DNA of 63,644 bases, the filler included, from Bipalium vagum (Eukaryota): assembly GCA_037834085.1 (NCBI GenBank). It is 3 parts of 3 records of this genome, joined end to end, with 100 filler letters (N's around TTAATTAATTAA, not from the genome) between each part and the next. Parts side by side here need not be neighbours in the genome. Positions count along the whole stretch, not along the records: positions 45,028 to 63,644 come from JBBMKC010024198.1; 2 more parts are not named here. One strand, written 5' to 3'. Below are positions 52,721 to 63,644 of this stretch, one piece after another. The position numbers and the translations under genes were made by a program. Every line of letters begins with the position of its first letter. The first letter of the stretch is position 1. A model generated the notes under the pieces. The model saw nothing but the letters and a program-made list of their open reading frames with translations, ran no database searches and was not told where the DNA came from.

Positions 52721-53005
52721 ATTTGTTTAAAGCTCCATTTATCAATTTTTTATACTTAAATTTTGTTCTAGAATGAATTATTATTATTATTATTTTATTA
52801 TTATTAGTATTATTATTATTATAAGGAAAATCAATGTCTTCGTGAATTTGTAATTAATATATATTTATTATAATTTATTATTATTTTATTATAATTTATT
52901 TATTATTATTATTTATTATATATTAACTACGAATAGAATTTAAAAGGATTTGTTTGAATTAACAAAGTCAGGTAGAAATTCAGTTTTCAAATTTGTGCCT
53001 AATAA

Positions 53006-56000
53006 ATGCTTAAGGAAGAGTTTGATTGTTTTTACATCGCGACCACACAACCGGACCCGATAGCTGAACGATTATTGCCGAAGATGCTATGTAGAGGAGA
53101 TGATGTGGAAAAATTCATTGCACAAGCTCACAGATATTTCGAAGCCAGGAACATTCCATCCAAAAGAAGAGAATCATTGATTTATTGTATGCTGGATGAA
53201 GACATTGTCGATGAATATGCTAAAACATCCGGAAAAATTGCAGGCTATGAAGATCGTCTACGACTGGCATTCGGCCAACAGACATGGTGACAGATTGGGA
53301 AAAACTTCTGGCTTACCGAAGAGAAAGTGAACCAATTCAGGTATTTTTCAAGAACATTGACAAACTGGTTAAGAAAGCACTGTCCCACGATCTGCTAGAA
53401 GAACAGCTCAAAATACAGATGATAATCAAAGCAATCAACAACAAAAGGATCGGTAATGAAATTAAGTTACGGAAGCTCACAACAGTGAAAGAAATCGAAG
53501 AATTATTCGTGGTGATGAGCAAAATCGAAAATTCCAACCAGGTACCCATTGAAACAGTGAAAACTTACCGAGATGCGGTGAGAAGTACAAATATCCAGAA
53601 CGTAAGCCGTCCTCAATTTAAATATTATGAGCAGCGAACAGCTTGCTGTACTAACTGTAACCGTATTGGTCACATGGCTATGGAATGTCCGACAAGGAGA
53701 AGAATAGAATGTTGGTCCTGTAATAAAGTGGGACACGTCAGCAGAGAATGCCCAGAACGAAAAGTGGGGCACATAAGGAGGACATGTAAATATTTTCAGA
53801 ATACAAAATGGAATCGAAACGGACAGCGACAGTCAGTGGAGGAAACGACAATGATGAGGTACGGCAATAACGGATGAACCAAAATGTTCCACAGAAACGG
53901 GATTAATACAATGTACGACGAAAATGATTTCAGATCTGAGGACATCACGTCGGAGGTTCACGAGAGTGTAGAGCACAGATACCCAAACAAGAAGGCTCCA
54001 CTAGTTGGGGAATTGGTGGGAACGTTATATCAGACGATTCCCGAGACGCCAAGGCGAACGGAATCGTTTGGATAAATAGCGGAGAAGATATACAGGTTTG
54101 TGAAAAGGGATAGTTTCGTGGACAGGGAGCAGATTGAAAACAAGAATATGCCGAATACATAGGTGGCCGGGATTTTATACGATCGAATGCAAGGCCGACC
54201 GAGCACAATCGTGGAAATTCAAGGAATAAAATTCGATTGCTTGTTAGACACAGGGGCAGGCGTAAGTGTTATGAGCAATAGATATTTTCAGAAACTACGG
54301 AAGATAAGTCTGGATGGAAATAGTGATCAATTACGCTGTGCAAATGACACAAAACTGACGACCTTAGGAAAGATAAAGGTTAGGAATGAATGAATGTACC
54401 GAGAAGTAGAATTTATTGTGGTGGAAAACGTAGTACCAGGGATGATTGCAGGAATCGATTTTCAAAGGTTATTCGGATATAAAATACGTCTTGAGGGAGA
54501 TAGTTCAGAATACAGCTATACAACGGAAGCAATAAGAATCGGAGAAAATATGATAAAAGACAATGGTGGGGACTTCAATGGAAATTTTTGTAAAATTGAA
54601 CCAAAGTTTGGAAGATTAATACAAACGGACGAAAAAATCAAGAAAGCTTTGATCTCAATAGATACAAGAGGTACAAGCTTAGATTAATCATTCAGAAATA
54701 CGGAGATGCATTCATGGCTGATAAATGGGACATTAGTCGAACACACGTCATGAAGCATGAAATCTAAAAGAAAGGAGACCCAATCAATGTCAAGCCGTTT
54801 AGACAACCAATAAATTTAGAGGTCTACCTAAACATAGAATAGTTACAAGAGGAAACACAATAAATGTTAAGCCATGGAGGCAACTTACGCATTTTGAAGA
54901 CAAGATAAATGAAGCGATTGATAATTTAAATATGAATAACATCATCAAAAAGTGCAACTCTGCCCTGAATACACCACTGATATGTATGTGGAAGAAAGAA
55001 AAGAAGGACATTAGACTTTGTCTAGATTTTCGACGACTAAACCTCGTAACGGAAAGACAGGCCTTCCCTATGTCGAATGTAGATGAGATGTTGGACAGAC
55101 TTAATGAAGCCGTTTATTTCAGCTCTATCGACCTCGGTCAGGCTTACTATCAGGTAGAATTGGATGAAGATTCGAAGGAGAAGACAGCATTCTCGACGAA
55201 AGTAGGACAATTCGGAATCGCTGCAGCACTAGGTACATTTCAAGAATTGATGACCAAAATCCTGGGAGACATGAGAGGAGCTTTCATGTATCTAGATGAC
55301 ATTCTAATACACTCTGAAGGTCTAGAAGAACACTACGAACGCTTAAATCAAGTGCTGGTGAGAATTTAATCAGCAGGACTACGAATAAACTCAGACAAAT
55401 GGTTATTTATACAAAAAGAAATAAAATTTTTGGGGCATATTATAAGCAATGACGGTGTGAGAGCCGACCGTACGAAAGTCGATGATGTAAAGAAATTTGA
55501 ACGCCCAAAGTGTGAAAAAATGTCCGATGTTTTCTTGGCCTTTGCAACTATTATTGGCGATTCATCAAGGGTTATGCAAACAAGGCTAGAGCATGAGAGG
55601 AACTTTGTGAACTGATCAAAGAGAAACTAATTTGGACAGAAGCGTGCAATAAAGCCTTTTCAGAGATGAAAACACCCCTTACCAATCCACCCGTGCTGAG
55701 TTACCCAGACATACGAGGAGAATTTATTCTAGATATGGACGCCAGCTTTGATACGATTGGAGCAGTGCTGGCCCAGAAAGACAGTGAATGTAAGGAAAGA
55801 GTATTGCATATGGATCCCATGCAATGTTCGCCCACGAAAGAGGATACTGCATTACCCGAAAGGAACTCTTATCAATTTACTATTTCTGCAATCATTTCAT
55901 ACACTATCTTTACGGTAAAAGATTCATATTAAGGACAGATCACAAAGCCATTTTATTCATGATCACGTCAAAGAAACCGATCACTCCACAGTTCCAGACT

Positions 56001-57810
56001 TGGATAAATTATTTAAGCGGCTTAGATATAAAACTAGAATACCGACAGGGAGCCAGTCAAATGAATGCAGACGCAATGACAAGGTTAAAATGTGGAATAT
56101 GTTCACATTCTCAAATGGTGCACGAAGAGGCAAAAACCGAAAACATAAAGACACGGGTACTGACAATAACGACAAACGAAGTTCACAAATGGCAGCATGA
56201 CAGCAATGAAATCAGACAAATAAAGGAAAGAGTTGCAAAAGAACAAGATACAAAATCATCGGTAAAATTGATTGAAATGGAATTAGGCATTCCTCAAACA
56301 ACTGCATACTGCATTTTGACCGAGGTATTTTGTTTTCGTAACGTTAATTCGAGGTTTGTTCCACACAAACTCACCGAAGACCAAAAAATGACAGACATCA
56401 TTAGAAGTGCTCGGAAGGACCCAAACTTTTTGAAAACGATTGTTACCGGTGACGAGACGTGTTGTTTTAGGTATGAACCCGACACAAAGCAGCAGAGTGC
56501 TGAATGGAGATCGCCGGATGAGAGAAAGCGAAAAAATCTCGTTTGAAAAAATCAAAAGTGAACGTTATGCTGATTTGCTTTTACGATTCCAAAGGAATTA
56601 TCCACAAAGAGTTTGTTCCACTCGGCCAAACAATTACAGGAGACTTTTACTTAGATGTCATGAAGCGATTGCTGGCAAGAATTTGTCGTGTTCGGCCAGA
56701 ATATCGAGAAAACGGCAGTTGGACTCTTTTGCACGATAATGCACCTTCACATCGTTCAAGAGTTGTGACTGACTTTTTGGTCAAAAATCAGATTATTGCT
56801 TTGAAACATTCACCCTATTCACCTGATCTCGCTCTGTGCGACTACTATCTGTTCCCCAAGCTTCATTTGACGATCAAAGGAAAGCTTCACGAGTCGCTTG
56901 AGGCCATCAAAAGTACGGTGACCGATGTCCTAAAAATCATTACCAAAAAGTACATAGAGAAGTCGTTTGACAACTTGTTAGTGCGTGCAAATTTGTGTAT
57001 CGATGCAAAAGACGATTACATTGATTAATAAAAATTATTTTTTTCAAAATAAATACTGGTTGCTTTTTTTTTAAAGTTCGGTTATTTTTGGAATGGAGGG
57101 TGTATGTGGCCCACTGAAAGAAACGCGGTTTCGGCAGAAGTACATAGTTGGAATTATCGACCAATTTAGTAAATGCATCTCTCTAACAGCGGCGACTAGA
57201 CAGGATGAGGATACAATATGGTATACAATTAGAGATAAATGGGTACTACGTTTCGGAGCACCAAAAGAAATCCACGTGAATTGTGGCAAATCATTTGAAT
57301 CAAGAACTCGCTCCAGGAGGCCAGAATTGGAATCTTCATGTCCAGCTCGTATCGCCACCAAGCCAATGGAGTAATAAAAAAACAATTTTGTACGATTTGT
57401 GAATTCTTAAACTCAACAATGAAAGAAAGAAAAGTAACCGATTGGGCTAGTATCCTTCCCGAAGTAGAGTTTGTATTAAATGCTACGGTGCAGAAGACAA
57501 TCGGAGTCAGTCCAGCCGAGGTCGTGTTTGGAAGAAGCATCAATAGAGACAGATGGATCAGAGAAGCAGAGACAGAGGAGACCACGGGAATCGAAAGAAG
57601 TCAGGGGAGAACAAGAAGAAAATTTTCCAACAATGACGAAGTACTGGTCAAGATCGAAAATAGAACAAAAGACAGTGGCAGATTCGAAGGTCCATTCCAG
57701 GTCATAAGAAAGATACACGATCGGAGATACAAACTACAAAATCAAAAGGAAAATTAATTCAAAGAAATGTGGAAAAGATTAAGAAGTTTCTTAAAGGAGG
57801 GAGATGTGAG
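53006..57810 (+). mobile_element. Degenerate Ty3/Gypsy LTR retrotransposon (gag-PR-RT-RH-INT)
   Basis: Two CCHC knuckles (CTNCNRIGHMAMEC, CWSCNKVGHVSREC), protease LLDTGA, RT LCLDFRRLN/YLDD, RNase H ILDMDAS...KELL...TDH, integrase CGPL...IDQFSK...HQANG and GPF motif. PPT aaaggagggaga (57793-57804) is followed by TG. Many stops and frameshifts. Confidence 0.95.
56245..57102 (+). mobile_element. 5'-truncated DD34D mariner nested in the Gypsy integrase
   Basis: FVPHKL, TGDET, LHDNAPSH and YSPDLALCDY (34 aa between D2 and D3). The 3' TIR ...gttatttttggaatggagggtg is followed by TA (57103-57104), then the integrase resumes at CGPLKET. Confidence 0.92.
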
Positions 57811-58689
57811 GATTATTAATAATATTAAAAAATTAATTCAAAATCATTTGTTGTTTAAATAATCCGGTTGTCGGCGGATAAGTTGTTTTAAAATACATTT
57901 TAAAAGCGTATTTATTTTTTATGATTTCAGACATCGAACATGAAATAGCCGTAGCTAACAATCATCTTTTGCAAAAAATTGTGCATTTTCTCAAAGATCG
58001 TATCTTTAAAGGGTTTGGACAAGGTAGGGAATGAATGCCAATATTTGGTAGTGTCCAAAAGCAAAATGATATCATCATGAGATGGAGCAACAGGTTGAAA
58101 GATGAGTTAAGACAATTGAAAATATCTTTTTCCCTACAGTTAAGCATCTTGTCATTGTTATTTTTGAGAAATCTTCACTTCAAATGACCACACCAGATTA
58201 AGATTTATGAAATCTAAAGAAAAGTGCAACACTGAGTGGTATTTAAAGGTACTAAATGTCCAAGTAACATCGTTACAGCTGCTGAAAAAGTCCCTTATGT
58301 ATAATGGAGGCCAATTGAAGCTACATATCTTGGAAACTTTATGTAATCAGATCCTAAAACAATGGCTGTCTAATTAGGCCATTCCATGTCAGTAAGATTT
58401 GTGGAAGTTTTCAAGGCTAAAGGATGTTTCATCAATTATTAAAGACTAAAATAGTATTTGCTTATGTTTATTGTAATTGGATCTCTATGTTAAAGGTAGG
58501 GAAATGGTTTTTTTACCTTCGTAATTCTTCTGTTCGCTATATTAGTTAACGTACTGTATTGGAACTTTAATAAGACTGAAATGTTTATTTTTTATTATTT
58601 TCTTGTGAAGTGTAAATGTAAAGACATCATTTCGGTGATAATTCGAATTCCGGTAAATTAATATTCTATAATACCACAATGTATGATCA

Positions 58690-59400
58690 TTTTTTCAAGT
58701 GGCCATAACTCTTAATGTAGAAACGATTCCGTAGATTGTACGACAGATAAGATAGTAACGATTAGATCTAAAACATTGATCTTCAAGTCAGTCCTGTGAT
58801 TTCAAGTAAAGAAAACATTTTGATGATGAGAATATTGAGTAGGTATCGAGGCTACCTCAGGTGCTCTTTGTCCTTATGTAGACGTAGTCTGAAGATAGAC
58901 ACATATATACCTTGAACACATATATATCATTGTTTCTGAACAACTCTAACTCCAGGAAGTATCAATTGAGACATTCTTGGATTTTTGCAAACCTTTGAAA
59001 ATCTTACGCAAATATTTAAATAAAAAATAGATTTATTTTACCATTTGGATAATGCCTACTTTGAAGGATATCAAACTATTCCTTTCAAATCTCCTTCAAA
59101 TGACGTAAGTAAGCGGTGTGCTGACACAAAAATTTTTAGAAATCCCACTTAATAATCTTTTTCGACACAAGCATGCAAAAGGTCTTTGTCAATGAATGAC
59201 AATTGATCCTCTTTAGGCTGATTTTCGATATTAAATCTACCACTACTGAACTTGGTAAGCCAGTTATATGCGGTCCGAAGAAGTATAATATCCTTTCCAA
59301 AACGTTCATTGATGACCGCCTGTATTGACCAGAATTTAGATCCGATTTGAAATCTCACATCAACAATGCGCGTTAATCTTCATGCAGATATTGATTTTGA
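58690..59400 (-). mobile_element. mariner remnant
   Basis: INERFGKD...RTAYNWLTKFSSGRFNIENQP. Confidence 0.65.
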
Positions 59401-59468
59401 CGGTCATTATCATATTGTAAATAGCTCCTAAATATAGTGAATTATCAACAACACATATATGAAACAAA

Positions 59469-60200
59469 TAACAGGTTGTCGGAATGAAAATGTCGGTTAT
59501 ATAAATTGTAAAATGCTTTGTAAAAAAATAATTTGTTTATCTAATATATTTGTATTTATTCTAAAGCACATTTATTTAAATTTTTAAAACCTTTTGGATC
59601 AAACTTGAATGATAAAAACTATGGTATACGTACTTGCCTGCTTAATGATTTCAAATTATGAAAAAATGCATCTGAATCTCAACATAATATATCCAATGTA
59701 TTCGGCAATGATGTTTCTCATTACGACAGTGCCAACGTTGGTTTCATCGTTTCAAAAATAGTAATGAAATCCTGGAAGACGAAGTGCATGGAAAACGTCC
59801 AGGAAAAGGTTGATAATCAGATACTTATGGATTACATCGAATTAGATCCAACACAAACTACAAGAGAACTTGTGGAGAAGTTCGGATGTCATCATTCAAC
59901 CATTGCTGATCACTTGTACACCTTTGGAAAGATGAACCGTTGCGGTAAATGGGTGCCACACAAGCTGCAGATAAGGTAACGCGAGTCACCATGAATGGAA
60001 TTCTTCTCCCCAGTGCCAACAGCTAAGGGTTTTTCAAGTCTATCATCAGATCGGATGAAAATGGATATGTTATAAAAAAACAACAGAAAGGGACAGTAGT
60101 TAAGTCCGAAACCAAAAATAATGTCTTTGCAAAAGAAAATATCAACAGACTCAATAAAATGGTGATCAATGATGACAGTGAACTCCATGATTACGGAAGA
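59469..60200 (+). mobile_element. mariner 5' remnant with TIR
   Basis: tacaggttgtcggaatgaaaatgtcgg-like terminus; ELDPTQTTREL...GKWVPHKL. Confidence 0.85.
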
Positions 60201-60608
60201 CATTTAACTCTATCTGTGTAAGTCCTAAATATCTGGCATTTAATTTCATTCCTTTTTTACAAATAATATTCTCGAACCGACAGCTAATAAAAAAAATTAG
60301 TCTTTAATTTTGGTTAAATATTGACTACTTATAAATTGTAATCAGACACTGAAAGATTTAGATAATAGGTTCGTACTTGTGAAAATGTTTGGAATGTCTA
60401 TTGTCCCTGAAGATATTCATTGTCCATTATAAAATTGTTGACCAAAAGGGTCTATTCATTATGAAGTCCAAGTCAGACTCCCTTGGGCATACAAATCGTG
60501 AGGTGAGTAAAGTATTGGGAAATTGTTTCAGTTTTTCTTGGTAACATTTAGAAAATTTTAATTTTATTATGAATTTTAGAAAAAATTAAAATGAACTAAT
60601 TAAATATT

Positions 60609-60611
<3 letters not shown>

Positions 60612-60643
<32 letters not shown>
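60612..60643. repeat. (AAT)n microsatellite
   Basis: About 10 units. Confidence 0.9.
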
Positions 60644-60646
<3 letters not shown>

Positions 60647-60959
60647 TATTATTATTTATAATTTTATATTCTGTTCATGAATATTAAGTGAATATTAACA
60701 AAATATAAAGTCCAATTTTATTCTTCGTTTAATAAAAGTCTCGTAAATTCATTTTTAAAACTTTTAATAATATTTTTTCAATGATGGTGTCTATTTTAAT
60801 ATGTTACAAGTTACATGTGGTAATAATTTTATTTATTTAACGGGATAAATTGATAAGTTTAATCAATTTTAAAAGCATTTGTCCCCAAATCAAAATGTTA
60901 ATAATAACAGTATGATGAAGTATGATGAAGAAAGTCTTTCGAGAAAATATTCTATCAAA

Positions 60960-62230
60960 GTATTGGATTGCTGAAGAAATACCGGTGAACTGTTTAATTT
61001 TACTAAACAAACAATAATAAACAATTTTTAATAGTAATCAATCAATCAATATTTTCAAGTCTATTGATTAAAAATAATTTTAATTAAGCTTATAAAAATA
61101 AAGTTTTTTGGTTTTTCGAGAAGTAAATTCTTCAAGGTCGATCAACTACCTTCCGTTTGTAGAAAGGCTGCTTTTATGAATCGACCGCCGCGTTTAGATG
61201 GCTTCTAGATTTATAGAGAACAATTTCGATTGGTTTAATGTACTACGTCCCAGAAGAAAATCCAATCCAAATAAACACTACTTACGTCAAATGCTGTGAA
61301 ACGAATTAGCTAATGATATTGGCATTGATGAAGACAGGCTTATCGGTATTTGCATGAAATATGAAAATTGCAAAAATCAGGTCTTATCATGCATTGTAAC
61401 CGATGATGAAAAATGGTCCCTGTACATCAGTTTAATTCATAAGAAAAAATAGTTCAATCAGCAAACAAAACCCGATCTTAATTCCCGAAAACATTTAGCT
61501 TTTGGTGGAACTAAGAAGTGCTAATTATGAATTGCGTCAGGAAAATCAGACAATAACCTTTGAAATTTATTGCCAACAATTACTTTGAATGGACGACTTG
61601 AAACTAAAAAAATTTTTTTGTAAACAAAACATTGCCCGACCGCCACCTCTTTACTAAGGAAGCAGTCATTGATAAAGTCTGTTGAAAGTTACTGCATTGA
61701 CCGAGGTTTTCACAATATTATTTCTTCCGATCTGTACTAAGAAATTTGTCTGAAGCAAATTGGTGGGCACACTCTTGAAGGATAGTGCCCACCAGCAAAA
61801 TTAGTCCAAAAGAATTCTTGAAGTCAAAATGTGAGGAGTACGCCATAAATAAATGATTATATTTTGTTTATAAAAATACAAAACATGTTATATTTAGTCT
61901 GAAGGGTGTCCGGTAAATCTCATAACAAGAAGGAAAGTTAACATCGCTGATGATTCTGATGCAAATCTAACAAATTTTGCTTCAAGTATAAGTGTAATAT
62001 TCAACATTTAAATTTTATATGAAATCAATAATATGTCGGTTAATTTTGATACTAAAATTCCAGTTGTAATCCTAATGGCGAAATATGAGTCACCTATCAT
62101 GGTAATTCGTGGATTGAAACAACGTGTATTCAAACCGACAATGTTAATCAAACAACCAAATAAACAATTTTATTATAATTTTATGATAAACCTGGGGTCA
62201 GTCCCATGGTCGAAGTTCAATGGTGTACGT
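60960..62230 (+). mobile_element. mariner remnant followed by a Tc1-like 5' fragment
   Basis: IVTDDEKWSLY, FWWN and NIARP fragments at 61390-61640; gggtgtccggtaaatctc TIR-like at 61904; MAKYESPIMVIRGLK. Confidence 0.6.
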
Positions 62231-63644
62231 TAACCTTTTCTTAATGTTTCATGGAAAGAAATAACGATAATAGAACATAAGGAACAACTTTTCAAAAGAC
62301 TTTAGGGTGAATTTTAGATTATGTGAGCAAAAGGATAACAATGGTAACTTTTATCCGAGAAAACAAAGATCCCGAAACTTAGAAGATTTATCTTTTGTGA
62401 AATATATAAAAATTGAATGGTTTTTATATAACCCTGATGATCTTAATATAAAACTTATAGATTTATAAATGACCACTACTATGTAAATAAACTTTTCTTT
62501 GAAACCTTTCAATTTGCTACAAGTGATCGTCTGTAGTGGGAAGACTGACCTTAATCCTCAGACCACGTTCTGCTTTGGTCTGCCAAAAACTCAGCTCCAA
62601 TATTGACCTCAAGCCAATAAAAATCACTTATAATTATTATATTCATTATTTGCTTTATATTTAATATTATATTTTTATAAAAAAAAGTTAATTTTTTTTA
62701 TTTAATGTATTTTTACTTTTTTTTATTATTTTTTTATTCTAATGCTTTTGCAAGAAACTTTTTCAGACGAAACAATTTTTCAAACTATAAAATGAAAAGA
62801 AAGCCATATGAGTCCTCAGCCTTAACATTTTTACGGGAATTTTTCTTAATTCTTTCTCCAATGACCTTCTCTAATGATAACGTTTTATCAAAGATTTTTC
62901 ATTGTCCTTACCCAATTTTATCTTTTTTATTAATTATTTTCTCATTTTTGCTGTGTCAATTTTATTTACCACAAGAATAAAAAAGAGAAAAAACATTTAC
63001 AAACGTGTTTTATTAATAATTAAATTTAATTTATGAACAAATTTCCCGTTCAATAATTAATTTCCTCAAAGTGTTAACGTCTTCACATGTTCAAAACTTT
63101 TTCTAATTATTATTTTATTAAAATTATGTTTTTGTTTTATATTATTTTTTATGTTAAAATTATTATTTTTAAAAAAACATTACATTTATTATAAAAATTC
63201 AATAAATCAATTTTAAATTGATTTATTTTTTGTTAAAATGTTTTAATTATTGATTTTAACTATTATTCTTTAATTGTTATGTTTAATTAATTTTCAGAAA
63301 ATTATGAAAATTAAAATTTATGAGAATTTTTGTTTTAATTAATATAATGACTAACTACGCTTGTTGAAATATGTTTAAACATTTGATCAAAAATTCCAAA
63401 TACGTATTGCCAATAGAAATAAAAAACCTGTTTCATTGTAACGACGGAGTCTTTAATAAAAGAAAAATAATAGTTTAACACAATAAAAATATTTATTTCT
63501 CTAAAAATTACAATGTACAAGCTTACCATCATGTCTGCAAAATATTATATATTTCTAAATTATATAAATAGTTAACATAATATTACAAAAATGCTTATAA
63601 AATAAATTATAATCAACAAAAAATGTATACTATAAAAATTATAA

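Noticed and set aside
62705-63532. Phe/Ile/Tyr-rich short ORFs here and elsewhere (e.g. 17825, 18545, 50111)
   Set aside because: Expected by chance in very AT-rich DNA; no motifs or exon signals.
1-63644. CRISPR arrays, rRNA, tRNA, spliced-leader RNA, prokaryotic operons
   Set aside because: None recognised by eye; the window is intron-containing eukaryotic DNA. A covariance-model scan was not possible.

Overview
Very AT-rich eukaryotic (metazoan) genomic scaffold. A triclad flatworm (planarian) is the most plausible source; this is inferred from base composition, a 46-nt GT-AG intron and the transposon landscape. Four host genes can be proposed. (1) A 7-repeat protocadherin encoded by one 2.7-kb exon (- strand). 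(2) A five-exon GW182/TNRC6 homologue (+ strand, about 602 aa), reconstructed by hand with phase-compatible splice sites. It keeps the Ago-binding motifs, UBA-like domain and RRM but has no GW dipeptide and no visible PAM2. (3) A two-exon secreted three-finger/TGF-beta-receptor-ectodomain-like protein (- strand, about 133 aa). (4) A candidate 80-aa secreted peptide precursor. The rest is mostly decayed mobile DNA: many Tc1/mariner remnants (DD34D, DD37D, rosa-like), two Merlin remnants, hAT and LINE fragments, a fossil Polinton/Maverick (pPolB, packaging ATPase, penton), a mosaic Ty3/Gypsy element with a nested mariner, and a 1.15-kb deleted Gypsy bounded by only about 34-bp LTR-like repeats. 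There are three N gaps, two of which contain an artificial TTAATTAATTAA linker. All homology calls are motif recognition by eye; no database search was run.
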